Shown: positions 1 through 10,297 of the stretch, piece by piece
Layout: each line of letters opens with the position of its first letter
How positions within the stretch are numbered: the stretch's first letter is position 1
Source of the DNA: Methanocaldococcus jannaschii DSM 2661
Lineage (GTDB): Archaea > AGJL01 > Methanococci > Methanococcales > Methanocaldococcaceae
Direction of reading: 5' to 3'
Length of the DNA stretch: 32,000 bases
NCBI RefSeq assembly: GCF_000091665.1
Contig: NC_000909.1
Location: 996,629 to 1,028,628 of the forward strand
Notes under the pieces: generated by a model
Seen by the model: only the letters and a program-made list of their open reading frames with translations
What the model was told of the DNA's origin: nothing
Database searches by the model: none
Position numbers and translations under genes: made by a program

Positions 1-753
1 TTTATAATCGTTTTAGATAATCCAAATAATAAAAAAGCAGAGGAAATTATTAAAGAATATCAACAGAAAGATAAAAGAATTATTTTTATAAAAAATGAAA
101 GAAATTTAGGTAGAGGAGCCAGTAGAAATAAAGCTGTTAATATAGCAAGGGGGAAGTATATTGCCATATTAGACGCTGATGATATTGCATTACCTAAAAG
201 ATTAGAAAAACAATTTAAATATATGGAAAATAATAGAGACATTGATTTATTGTTTAGCTGGGTTTATTTTATTGATGAAAATGGAAATATTTTAAAAGAG
301 TTTAAGCCAGAAAAATATAAATTTAAAGAAATTAAAAAATATTTTTTCAAAGAACATTTAACTGTTCATCCATCTATGATGGTAAAGAGTAAAATCTTAA
401 AGAAATTAAAATACGATGAGAAATTAATTAGGTCTCAAGACTACGATTTTTGGATTAGATGTATAGCCAATGATTACAAATTTGACATAATTGAGGAATT
501 TTTATTAAAATATAGAATTCCAAATAGAGACAATTATTTAAGCAGAATCAAAAAACAAAAATTATATTCTTACTATACCTTAAAAACACATTGGAAAAAT
601 AAAAAACATTTCTGCAACAATGTTTATTTTTGGAAAGTATTTTTTTATAGTTTGGTAGTATATTTATTTATCGTATTAACGCCAACATTTATTTTAAAGA
701 TTTTAATCGATATAAAAGATAAAAAGACTGAAATTAGTACGAAAGGACATTAA
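1..753 (+). CDS. Family 2 (GT-A) glycosyltransferase, 5' end cut by window edge
   Basis: Frame 1 is open from base 1: FIIVLDNPNNKKAEEIIKEYQQKDKRIIFIKNERNLGRGASRNKAVNIARGKYIAILDADDIALPKRLEKQ. Typical GT2 motifs: VLD, NLGxxxSRNxA and LDADD. The listed ORF at 223 is only an internal Met. Confidence 0.9.
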   Translation, partial: FIIVLDNPNNKKAEEIIKEYQQKDKRIIFIKNERNLGRGASRNKAVNIARGKYIAILDADDIALPKRLEKQFKYMENNRDIDLLFSWVYFIDENGNILKEFKPEKYKFKEIKKYFFKEHLTVHPSMMVKSKILKKLKYDEKLIRSQDYDFWIRCIANDYKFDIIEEFLLKYRIPNRDNYLSRIKKQKLYSYYTLKTHWKNKKHFCNNVYFWKVFFYSLVVYLFIVLTPTFILKILIDIKDKKTEISTKGH

Positions 754-763
754 AGGTGGAATT

Positions 764-2593
764 ATGGTTAAAATCTTAGGAGTAAAATATTTTTTACATG
801 ATAGTGGTGTTTTTTATATTGATACAAAGAATAAGGAGATTTTTGGAATCTTAACTGAAAGAGTTACGAGAATAAAGCATGATGGTGGGACAGTAATTCC
901 AATACTAAATGAATACCCAAAATTAAAAAATATAGATTATGTGGCATATCCCTTTGAACAAACTAATTTAGATTTTATATTATTCAAACATATAGATGAC
1001 TATATAAAGAGAACATATAAGCCCAAATATATTAAAGAATATGCTAAATACAAAAAAGAGTTATCACAAAATAAAACTAAGTTTGTTTTAAACAACATAT
1101 ATAGACCATTTATTTGGGAGATACTGGCTGTTTATGGATTAAGGAAGTTGTTATTTAAAAGATTTAATAACATATATAATAAATTAGGAAACTTAGCTAT
1201 AAAAAGAGAATTGAAAAAAATTTTTAGAAAAGATGTTTCGTTGTATGAGCATCATTTATGTCATGCAGCTTCAGCATACTATTTTAGTCCATTCTTTCCA
1301 AAAGAGACCTTGGTTTTTACTCTTGATGGAATAGGGGACTGGAAATATCATAGTTTATGGTTATTTAAAGAATATGATTATAGATTAGTATCCTATTCTA
1401 GTTTTGATATTATTTGTTATGATGATGTGGAAGGTATATTTAAAGGAGCTTCAATTGGGCATATATATTCTCTATTCACTGAAATTTTAGGTTTTACACC
1501 AAATTCTGATGAAGGAAAAACAGAAGCACTAGCTGCTTATGGAAAGCCTAATGGGGAATTATATAATTTATTAAAAAAAGGATACAAAATAAATAAAGAA
1601 AAACTTAGATGGGAACACGATATAAACATACTTAAAAAATTACATAATAAACAATACTTACAAAAATGGAAAGAAAAAATAGGTGATGAAAATTTTGCAG
1701 CAACCATTCAAAGATGGCTAGAAGATACTGTTGTTGAATACTTAAATATTGTCTATGAAAAATTTAAAATACAGAGACTTGCAATGGCAGGTGGTGTGGT
1801 AGCAAATGTTATTATGAATTTGAATATTTTTGAAAGAACTCCATTTGAAGAACTCTATATATTTCCAGCAATGGGTGATGATGGAGTAGCAGCGGGGGCT
1901 GCGATATTAAAGGCTGTAGAATTAGGTGAAGATATCTCATGGTTAAAAGATTTAGAAATGCCTTATTGGGGACCTAATTACTCAAGAGAAGACGTAGAAA
2001 AAGAGTTAAAAAAAGATAAATGGAAAGATAAAATAACTTACGAATATATAGGTGAAAAATGGCCTGAAATTGCTGCTGAGATGATTGCAAAAGGTAATAT
2101 AATAGCTGTTTATCAAGGAAAAATGGAGTTTGGACCAAGGGCATTAGGAAATAGAAGTATATTAGCAGATCCAAGAGATCCTAAGACAAGAGATAAAATA
2201 AATTCTACTGTTAAAAGGAGACCATGGTTTCAACCATTTTGTCCTTCTGTTTTAGAAGAAGAAAGAGAAAGATTATTTGAAAAGTCTTATAAACATAAAC
2301 ATATGGCAATAGCGTTCAGAATGAAAAAAGAATTTTGGGATAAGTTACCTTCTGCAATGCATATAGACGGAACAGCGAGACCACAATTCGTTGAAGAAAA
2401 AGATAACCCAAATTACTATAGATTACTAAAAAAATTCAAGGAGATTACTGGTTATGGAATTGTTATAAACACATCTTTTAATTTGCATGGAAGAACAATT
2501 GTTAGAACTCCTGAGGATGCAATAACTGATTTCATTGATTGTAATATTGACGCAATGTTTATTGAAGGTTATTTAGTAAAGAGAAAAATATAA
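764..2593 (+). CDS. Carbamoyltransferase, NodU/CmcH/TobZ family
   Basis: 609 aa with YEHHLCHAASAYY (HxxHxxxA) and the C-terminal GPRALGNRSILADPRD and NTSFNLHGRTIVRTPEDAI motifs. Ribosome site GGTGG before the ATG. Confidence 0.9.
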   Translation: MVKILGVKYFLHDSGVFYIDTKNKEIFGILTERVTRIKHDGGTVIPILNEYPKLKNIDYVAYPFEQTNLDFILFKHIDDYIKRTYKPKYIKEYAKYKKELSQNKTKFVLNNIYRPFIWEILAVYGLRKLLFKRFNNIYNKLGNLAIKRELKKIFRKDVSLYEHHLCHAASAYYFSPFFPKETLVFTLDGIGDWKYHSLWLFKEYDYRLVSYSSFDIICYDDVEGIFKGASIGHIYSLFTEILGFTPNSDEGKTEALAAYGKPNGELYNLLKKGYKINKEKLRWEHDINILKKLHNKQYLQKWKEKIGDENFAATIQRWLEDTVVEYLNIVYEKFKIQRLAMAGGVVANVIMNLNIFERTPFEELYIFPAMGDDGVAAGAAILKAVELGEDISWLKDLEMPYWGPNYSREDVEKELKKDKWKDKITYEYIGEKWPEIAAEMIAKGNIIAVYQGKMEFGPRALGNRSILADPRDPKTRDKINSTVKRRPWFQPFCPSVLEEERERLFEKSYKHKHMAIAFRMKKEFWDKLPSAMHIDGTARPQFVEEKDNPNYYRLLKKFKEITGYGIVINTSFNLHGRTIVRTPEDAITDFIDCNIDAMFIEGYLVKRKI

Positions 2594-2609
2594 AAGTTGA
2601 GGGATTAGA

Positions 2610-3830
2610 ATGTCCAACAAAAAGAAACAATTAACTGTAATGGGGACTGTTTGGGATTTCTGGTCAGTGTTAAAAATGTTTGACAAACTTTATGAATCAA
2701 AATATATTTCATTTTATGAGCCATGGTTAAAGGGCGAAATTGACAAAGAAAAGATAATACTATTTAACGAAAAATCTAAAAATCCTCTACTTTGGCCGTT
2801 TAAAATTTTAAAAAGAACTTATAAGATACTAAAAATTATTAGAGAATTCAAGCCAGATTTAGTTATAACCCATCATGATGATGCAAATGTTTCAATAATT
2901 CCAGTAATATTATTAAATAAAATTTTTAAAATATCCAACAATACTAAATTTATTTTATGGGTTAGGAACAACCCAATAGAATCATATAAAGAAGGTCTTT
3001 ATTCTAAAATTATTATACTGGCATATAAATATTTTTATAAATATGCAGATATTATAATTGTTCAAACACAGGAAAATAAGAAAATAATAGAATCTCATTT
3101 TAAATCATTAAAAAATAAAACTAAAATTGTTCCGAATGTTTATGAAATTGATAAACTTCAACAACTATCTAACGAACCATTGGAAAAACAATATCGAAAT
3201 ATCTTTAAAGATTCTTTTGTATTTATAAATATTGGAAGATTAACCGAACAAAAAGGACAGTGGTTTTTAATCAGAAGTTTTAAAAGGGTTACTGAAAAAT
3301 ACCCAAACGCTAAACTAATAATTCTTGGAGATGGGGAGTTAAAAAATAAACTTCAAGAATTAATAAATAAATTAAACTTACAAAATAATGTTTATCTTTT
3401 AGGCATGCAGAAGAATCCATTCAAATTTTTAAAGCATTCGAATTGTTTTGTTTTCTCATCTTTGTGGGAGGGATTACCAAACACTGTTATAGAGGCGTTA
3501 TCGTTAAACCTCCCTGTAATATCAACTGATTGTAAAACTGGTCCAAGGGAAATCTTATGCCCAGAGTTAAATATAAGTGATAAAATCGATTATCCTTATT
3601 ATGGAAAGTATGGGATATTAACTAAACCATTTTCAAGAGAGTTTATATGGCAAGATTTAAATGAAAAACCTTTAATCGAAGAAGAGAAAATGTTAGCTGA
3701 TTTAATGATTAAGATGATTGAAGATGAAGATTTGAGAAAGAGATATTCTAATGGGTTAGAAAGAGCTAAGGATTTTGACATTGAAAAGATAATTAAAGAA
3801 TGGAAACTATTAATTGAGGGAACAATATGA
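2610..3830 (+). CDS. Family 4-type (GT-B) glycosyltransferase
   Basis: INIGRLTEQKGQWFLIRSF, LIILGDGELKNKL, LLGMQKNPFKFLKHSNCFVFSSLWEGLPNTVIEAL. Overlaps the next ORF by 4 nt. Confidence 0.88.
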   Translation: MSNKKKQLTVMGTVWDFWSVLKMFDKLYESKYISFYEPWLKGEIDKEKIILFNEKSKNPLLWPFKILKRTYKILKIIREFKPDLVITHHDDANVSIIPVILLNKIFKISNNTKFILWVRNNPIESYKEGLYSKIIILAYKYFYKYADIIIVQTQENKKIIESHFKSLKNKTKIVPNVYEIDKLQQLSNEPLEKQYRNIFKDSFVFINIGRLTEQKGQWFLIRSFKRVTEKYPNAKLIILGDGELKNKLQELINKLNLQNNVYLLGMQKNPFKFLKHSNCFVFSSLWEGLPNTVIEALSLNLPVISTDCKTGPREILCPELNISDKIDYPYYGKYGILTKPFSREFIWQDLNEKPLIEEEKMLADLMIKMIEDEDLRKRYSNGLERAKDFDIEKIIKEWKLLIEGTI

Positions 3831-5440
3831 TTGTAGAAATATATAACTTTAATTTCATTAGAATTAACGAAAAAGAAATAAAATTATTTTATAACACATA
3901 TCCACCATTAAAAAAATTAGAGTGTTATCTTGATTTTATAAAGGAGTTAGTATCTAACTCATACAAAAATAACAAATTTATTAAAAAGGATGAGTTTGAG
4001 CATTTAGTATATAACACTTTCTTATATTTTTTAATTAATTGGGATAACCTATATCACACAAATCAAATGCCATTCTATATCTGGTATAATTTTAAAGAAA
4101 GAGTTGATGATATATTAAAATCAGAAAAAGATATAACATTTATTTTAAATCAGAAATATGTAAATATTGATTATTTTGGAAAATATTTAAAAAAATTTAC
4201 CAATAATATAAAATCAAAAAATAAAAATAGAATAGTGGATTATATTATGGAAAATTTTCAAGGTAATTTAATTATGCTATATTTTTTAGTTAGAAAAATA
4301 ATAATGAACAAAAATAACAATTACAGGTTTGATATATTATTTATAACAGATTACGACAGATATTATGGAAATAATAGATTTTTTGGTAATCATTTATTTA
4401 AGAATGAAGAGTTTAAAAAACTATTAAAAAATTTTGATATTAATTTAACAGATAAGAATTACTCAATTTTATTTACTAAGTATAATTTTATCAATTTGCC
4501 AAAATATATTAAAGATTACTATAAAAAGAGACAAGATTACCTATTTATTGAAGATATTTTAAATTTAAAGTTGGGTTTTGATATATTGCTAAACTCTTCT
4601 AAAATTTTTAAAAAAGTAAATTTAACTAACTACAATGATGAACATGAAAAGTTTATTCATACAATGTTTAATATATTCTTAAAACATAAATTACCTTTTG
4701 TTTTATGGTTCTATTTATCTATAAAGGATTATATCTCAAAAACCAATATTAAATGTATTGTTGGGGACTCTGAAAGAAACTTCATGTTTTATCTGTGCAA
4801 TATTTATAGGTTGTGGAGAAAAAATATAAAAACTATCGCCTTTAGTCATGAGGTAATTAACAATAACTATATCCATCTTCCAATATCGGAAAAATATAGT
4901 TGTATTCCAGATTGTAAATTAGTTTGGAACGAAAATATAAAAAAACTCTTAATTGATAAATATAACTTTCCGAAAGATAAAGTTATTGTCTTTCCAGACC
5001 CAAGATTCTTATATTGGAAAAAATATCCTAAAAAAGAAAAAACGATATTATTTGTATCTCAAGGTTATCCTGAATTTTATGAAGAGATATTTAATACTTT
5101 TAGAGATAAAAAATTAATAAATACTTTAATCGAACATGGTTATTCTTTCTACTTTAAACCTCATCCTGGAGAGTATTTGAATGATTTCTCAATTAGAGAG
5201 TTAGAAAAATTAAAAAACATAAAAGAAATAAAAATAATAAATGGACTTAATTTTGTTCCAGAATATACAATAGGGATGAGTTCAACAATGATTTATGAAC
5301 TTTTAAATGCTGGAAGTAAAAGTTTCTTCTTAGAATCCAATGCAAAAGAAACATTTATGATGGATGATAAAGAATTTAAAAAATATTTTAGAAAAAATTT
5401 AAAGGAAATATTTTTTGAAATTTTAAATAAACAATTATAA
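3827..5440 (+). CDS. Putative GT-B-like surface polysaccharide/nonulosonate transferase
   Basis: 537 aa. C-terminal half has ILFVSQGYPEFYEEIF, FKPHPGEY and IGMSSTMIYELLNAG, the HP and SS/T signatures of CMP-sialate-using and CDP-glycerol GT-B enzymes. Family assigned by motif only. Confidence 0.5.
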   Translation: MIVEIYNFNFIRINEKEIKLFYNTYPPLKKLECYLDFIKELVSNSYKNNKFIKKDEFEHLVYNTFLYFLINWDNLYHTNQMPFYIWYNFKERVDDILKSEKDITFILNQKYVNIDYFGKYLKKFTNNIKSKNKNRIVDYIMENFQGNLIMLYFLVRKIIMNKNNNYRFDILFITDYDRYYGNNRFFGNHLFKNEEFKKLLKNFDINLTDKNYSILFTKYNFINLPKYIKDYYKKRQDYLFIEDILNLKLGFDILLNSSKIFKKVNLTNYNDEHEKFIHTMFNIFLKHKLPFVLWFYLSIKDYISKTNIKCIVGDSERNFMFYLCNIYRLWRKNIKTIAFSHEVINNNYIHLPISEKYSCIPDCKLVWNENIKKLLIDKYNFPKDKVIVFPDPRFLYWKKYPKKEKTILFVSQGYPEFYEEIFNTFRDKKLINTLIEHGYSFYFKPHPGEYLNDFSIRELEKLKNIKEIKIINGLNFVPEYTIGMSSTMIYELLNAGSKSFFLESNAKETFMMDDKEFKKYFRKNLKEIFFEILNKQL

Positions 5441-6436
5441 ATAACTAATTTCTTTTAATATTTTTTTAATTTTCTCTTTATTTAAAAATTTGGCATCCTT
5501 CGAATTATAAATTATCTTATTATTTTTATTTCCATCTACTCCATAAGGATAAACAACAAACATATCTTCTAACTCTTCTAAGTTATAAATTTCTTCTTCG
5601 ATAATTAACTCTTCATATAGTTTTTCACCAGGCCTCTTTCCAATAATTTTAATTTCAATATCTTCTGGTTTATATCCATATTTTGGAGCGAGTTCCTCAA
5701 TAACAACCTCAATTAAATCTTTAATTCTAACAGAAGGCATTTTTAAAATGAATATTTCCCCACCTTTAGCCAAATAACAAGCTTTTAAAACTAATTTAAC
5801 AGCTTCATTAATAGACATTATAAATCTTGTCATATCTGGATGGGTTAAAGTTACAGGCCCTCCTTTTTTTATTTGTTCTTTTAGTAATGGCAGTATGGAA
5901 CCTCTTGAATTTAGAACATTTCCAAATCTAACAACAGAAAAAGCCGTTTTTCTCTTTCCTTTATATAAATTTGCTGAAATTGTTAATCTTTCAGCCAATA
6001 ATTTGGTAGCGCCCATAACATTTACTGGATTTACTGCCTTGTCTGTGCTTATTGTTATAAATTTTTCAACTTCTTCATCCATTGCTACTTCAATCAAATT
6101 TTGAGTTCCAATAACGTTAGTTTTTACAGCTTCAAATGGGTTGTATTCGCAGAGGGGAACGTGCTTTAATGCAGCTGCATGGAATACAACATCTACCTCC
6201 TCAATAGCTCTTTTTAACCTATCCTTATCCCTAACATCCCCAATAAAACATCTAATTTTCTCTGAATTTAGCTCATGTTCTAATTCAAACAATGCAGTTT
6301 CATTTATATCTAATACTCTAATTGTTTTTGGATTAAATTTTAATAATGTTTTTACTATTTCTTTACCTATTGAGCCAGTTCCTCCTGTAACGAGAATAGT
6401 TTTATCTTTATAAAAATTTGATATATCTTGAAACAT
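5435..6436 (-). CDS. pseB: UDP-N-acetylglucosamine 4,6-dehydratase, PseB/FlaA1/CapD family
   Basis: KTILVTGGTGSIGKEIV Rossmann motif, HAAALKHVPLCEYNPFEAVKTNVIGTQN, STDKAVNPVNVMGATKLLAE. Sits in a nonulosonate cluster. Confidence 0.85.
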   Translation of the reverse strand: MFQDISNFYKDKTILVTGGTGSIGKEIVKTLLKFNPKTIRVLDINETALFELEHELNSEKIRCFIGDVRDKDRLKRAIEEVDVVFHAAALKHVPLCEYNPFEAVKTNVIGTQNLIEVAMDEEVEKFITISTDKAVNPVNVMGATKLLAERLTISANLYKGKRKTAFSVVRFGNVLNSRGSILPLLKEQIKKGGPVTLTHPDMTRFIMSINEAVKLVLKACYLAKGGEIFILKMPSVRIKDLIEVVIEELAPKYGYKPEDIEIKIIGKRPGEKLYEELIIEEEIYNLEELEDMFVVYPYGVDGNKNNKIIYNSKDAKFLNKEKIKKILKEISYL

Positions 6437-6448
6437 TTTTTCACCTTA

Positions 6449-7903
6449 TTATAAATTCACTTCGTATATCCATTCGTTTTCTCTACCTTTTTTAGTTTTT
6501 TTGAATCCTAATGATTCAAAAAGTTTAATGGATCGAATGTTGTTTTCTAATATTCTCGCATGTGCTTTTTTATATCCTATATTTTTCAACCACTTAAGCA
6601 CGAGTGAAACTGAATGTCTTCCAATATGTTTACCCCATAAAAAGAACTCCCCAATGAGTATTCCAATTTCTGGATTATCAGTATTCAATTGTGAAACATT
6701 TACACTACCTACTTTTCTAATTGTATTATTTTCTCTAAGTAGTATTATCCAATCTACCCTATTCTCACGAGACATCCACCAAGAATAGTGTTCTTCCCAC
6801 TTTAGGGGTTCTTTTTGAATATAAAAAAATTTATATATTAATGGATTAGATCTCCATGCCATTAAAAGTTCGAGATCATTATCGGTAATTTGTCTAATTA
6901 TAATTTTGGAATCTTCACCAATTTTTTTACAATTATATATATTAGTTATAGCTTCAATAATCTCAAATTTCCCTTTTCCTATATGTAAATCAGTATGCTC
7001 TGCATCTATAAAATATCCTTCTTTTAAAGGATTCAAATGAGTTTTAGATATTTTCTTTAAATAATCATCATAACATTCTCTTTGTAATTCATTTTGATAT
7101 AAAACGACCACTGGAATCCCTAAGAATAGTGCTTCAAACATCGTCATTCCTGGTGATGTTATAATTAAATCATTATCTTTCATAAGTTCAGCCATATTAT
7201 CTATATTTTTGTAGATTTTTATTTTATCTGATTTACTATACCTTTTTAATAAATTATTCAATTCGTCTTCATATTGGAACTTAGGTCCAAGAACAACGTT
7301 AATATTAAAATCTCTATCTTTAGACAGAAGCTCTTCTAATACCTTACAGGTTAAATTTGATGGATCACTTCCACCAAAAGCTATTAATATGTTTTTTGTC
7401 TCTTTATTTTTACTTCTACTCAACATTTCTTTTTTAACCTTATAAAACTCATTTCTTAAAATCAAATACTTCGGTCCATAAAAATATAAAGTTTTATTTT
7501 CTTCATCAAAATATTTTCTGTTTTTTAATTCACTTCCAACTATTGCATTAACCACAATATCAGCATATTTATTTGATGAAGGATTTGGATTATCAAAAAA
7601 TATCAATTTTTTGCATAATTCTCTTATATTCTTTGCGAAATCCTCTTCAATACCTAAATCATCAATAATAACAACATCTGGCTTTATATTTTTAATGTTT
7701 TTTAAGATATCATTATTATCGCTACATTTTATAACTTTAAAGCCATTTTCTTCTATTTTTTTAATCACATCCTCATCACTTTTCGTAAAGAATATAATTT
7801 CATTAACATTAAACTTTCTTAGTTCATTTGCTAATGATAATGTCCTATAAACATGCCCCATCCCCATCTCAACACTGCCATCAGTAATGATAGCAATCTT
7901 CAT
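6449..7903 (-). CDS. Bifunctional PseG-type nucleotide-sugar hydrolase fused to a PseH-type GNAT acetyltransferase
   Basis: N-terminal MKIAIITDGSVEMGMGHVYRTLSLANELR and LLIAFGGSDPSNLT-like segment (NILIAFGGSDPSNLT); C-terminal GNAT IIIRQITDNDLELLMAWRSNP...IGILIGEFFLWGKHIGRHSVSLVLKW...KAHARILENNIRSIKLFESLGF. Confidence 0.85.
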   Translation of the reverse strand: MKIAIITDGSVEMGMGHVYRTLSLANELRKFNVNEIIFFTKSDEDVIKKIEENGFKVIKCSDNNDILKNIKNIKPDVVIIDDLGIEEDFAKNIRELCKKLIFFDNPNPSSNKYADIVVNAIVGSELKNRKYFDEENKTLYFYGPKYLILRNEFYKVKKEMLSRSKNKETKNILIAFGGSDPSNLTCKVLEELLSKDRDFNINVVLGPKFQYEDELNNLLKRYSKSDKIKIYKNIDNMAELMKDNDLIITSPGMTMFEALFLGIPVVVLYQNELQRECYDDYLKKISKTHLNPLKEGYFIDAEHTDLHIGKGKFEIIEAITNIYNCKKIGEDSKIIIRQITDNDLELLMAWRSNPLIYKFFYIQKEPLKWEEHYSWWMSRENRVDWIILLRENNTIRKVGSVNVSQLNTDNPEIGILIGEFFLWGKHIGRHSVSLVLKWLKNIGYKKAHARILENNIRSIKLFESLGFKKTKKGRENEWIYEVNL

Positions 7904-8631
7904 TCCTCCACCTCTCTATATGATTTTTGTCTTACATTTGAATTTATATTTTTTATTTGAGGGTTTTTATCTAAAAAATCTATAATTTGTCTAATATCTA
8001 CATTAATCAAATCAAAATGTTTTTGTAATTCTAAATAAAGTTTAAAGTCCTTTATAGTATCAATTGTTAATCTAATACCCTCTCTTTTGAGATATTCTGG
8101 AGGTTCTAAATAAAAAACCTTAAATAAATTTGGATTTTCATAAATATAAGGAGTTACATGTTCTCTTTGATATTTCTCTTTTGCATTTTTCCATGCTTTC
8201 TCTAATGCATCAAAGGTAAAAACCTCACTACTTAAACCCAAAATAATATTTTTTGTTGATACATAATCAAAATTATTTTTTAATAAATATTCGACTTGTT
8301 TATCGATTAATTCAATAGATGTTAGTGGATTATCCCCAGTTATCCTAACGATAACATCCCCACTATAAAACTTAGATGCATTATAAAACCTATCCAACAC
8401 ATCCTTTTCAGAACCTCTAAAAACATTGACTCCTAAACTATTACAAAGCTCTACAATTGCATTATCTTCTTTTTTAATTGTTGTTGCGACAATAATATCA
8501 TCTAATTTTTTAGATTTTTTTAATCTTTCTAAGAGAATCTCTAAAATACATCTATCGCCAAGTTTCAATAATACCTTATTTTTTAATCGTTTTGAACCTG
8601 TTCTTGCTTGGATTATACCTATTATTTTCAT
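7900..8631 (-). CDS. pseF: Acylneuraminate/pseudaminate cytidylyltransferase-like, PseF/SpsF family
   Basis: MKIIGIIQARTGSKRLKNKVLLKLGDRCILEILLERLKKS and VIVRITGDNPLTS. Overlaps the downstream gene by 4 nt. Confidence 0.8.
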   Translation of the reverse strand: MKIIGIIQARTGSKRLKNKVLLKLGDRCILEILLERLKKSKKLDDIIVATTIKKEDNAIVELCNSLGVNVFRGSEKDVLDRFYNASKFYSGDVIVRITGDNPLTSIELIDKQVEYLLKNNFDYVSTKNIILGLSSEVFTFDALEKAWKNAKEKYQREHVTPYIYENPNLFKVFYLEPPEYLKREGIRLTIDTIKDFKLYLELQKHFDLINVDIRQIIDFLDKNPQIKNINSNVRQKSYREVEE

Positions 8632-8632
8632 G

Positions 8633-9271
8633 TTATTCCCTCTTCTTTATAACTCTTGCAGGAACTCCAACAGCTACTGAATATGGGGGAATATCTCTTG
8701 TAACAACACTTCCAGCTCCAATAACAGCCCCTTCCCCAATTTTAACCCCTTTTAATATTTTAACTCCTGTTCCAATCCAAACATCATCTCCAATTTCAAT
8801 AGGCTCTGAGACCATTTTCTGATTCCTTATTAATTCTCCTTTTTTAAATCCATGGTCTCCATCAATAATATGAACATGACTTGAAATTAAAACATTACTA
8901 CCAATTGTTATTTTTTTAGTAGCATTTATTATTGAAAATGAACCAATTCCACAATTATCTCCAATCTCTAAAATCCCCTCTTCAAAAACGTTTAATCTAA
9001 CATACGGTTCACAGTGAAAGTTCTCTCCAATAATGATTTTTCCATTGCCTCTTGCTGCTATTTCTACATCCCTTAAAAGAATCCCACTTTTGATTATTAT
9101 AGTAGAGCTGTCATATTTTCTAATATGGATTTTTCCAAAATTATGAACCTTCAAAGGATTTATACCAAAAATAGACAAATATATCTTCCCAAAAACAAAA
9201 GAAGGGGCAAATTCCAAAGCCCTCATAATTTTTTTTGGATCTTTTAAAGTGTTTTTTAACAATTTAATCAT
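8633..9271 (-). CDS. Left-handed beta-helix (hexapeptide) acyltransferase
   Basis: Hexapeptide repeats and [49 protein letters not shown]. The ORF track starts at a TTG (9277); the ATG at 9271 behind GGGGATTGAGC looks more likely. Confidence 0.85.
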
Positions 9272-9273
9272 GC

Positions 9274-10287
9274 TCAATCCCCTAATAAATCATCCCAGTA
9301 TATTATATCATCCTCTTCTTTATCGTTTTTGATTTTTCTGTTTAATATTATGCTCAAATACTTTGTTTCAATACCTCTCCCCGGTCTTTTAAATGAAATA
9401 TTATCAACACTTAAGTATTCTCCTTTTTTAATATTTCTTTTTGCTACAATACTTCTTCTTGCTTCAACAATAACGTCTCTTTCAGAAGGCATTGGTATCT
9501 TTTCCCCACTTCCAAGCATTTTTTCAACTAATCTTATGTTATTAACCATTTCCTTAAATTCTTCTGGGTCTGCTGACAAAGCATGATCAGGACCTTCCAT
9601 ATTTTTATCTAAGGTAAAGTGCTTCTCAATAACATCCGCTCCTAAGGCAACAGAAACTACTGGGGCGAGTATTCCCAATGTATGGTCAGAATATCCCACA
9701 GGGATATTGAATATACTTTTCAAGGTTTTAATAGCGTTTAAATTGACATCTTCATAAGGGGTTGGGTAAGATGAAATACAATGCAATAAAATAATATCCC
9801 TGCATCCATTATTTTCTAAAACTTTAACTGCTTCCCAAATTTCCCCAATATCAGACATTCCTGTAGATAAAATCACCGGCTTGCCTGTTTTTGCCACTTT
9901 TTCTAATAAGGGATAAAAGGTTAAATCACCAGAGGCAATTTTAAATGCAGGCACATTCATTTTATTTAATATATCAACATATTTTAAATCTAATGGTGTT
10001 GAGATAAACATAATTCCAATTTTTTCTGCATATTCTTTTAGTTCATAGAATTCCTCCTCTGACAGTTCTAAACTTTTAAATAGTTCATAATATTCTGATT
10101 TTTTGCTTATGAAATCCTCAGTATGGTAGGATTGGAATTTTATTGCATCAGCACCGCATTTTTTTGCCTCTTTTACTAACTCTTTACCTATATCGATATC
10201 CCCATTGTGATTTAATCCCCCCTCTGCAATAATAAATGTTGGCTCACCTTTACCAACATATCTATCTCCAATTTTTATCTTTTCCAT
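9274..10287 (-). CDS. pseI: N-acetylneuraminate/pseudaminate synthase, NeuB/PseI family with C-terminal SAF domain
   Basis: [108 protein letters not shown]; C-terminal [17 protein letters not shown]. Start moved to the ATG at 10287, which removes the overlap with the upstream gene and follows GAGGATGATATT. Confidence 0.88.
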
Positions 10288-10297
10288 AATATCATCC

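Noticed and set aside
1974-2174. Minus-strand 66-aa ORF inside the carbamoyltransferase gene
   Set aside because: Antisense shadow ORF, low-complexity Leu/Phe/Tyr composition, no ribosome site; the plus strand is clearly coding.
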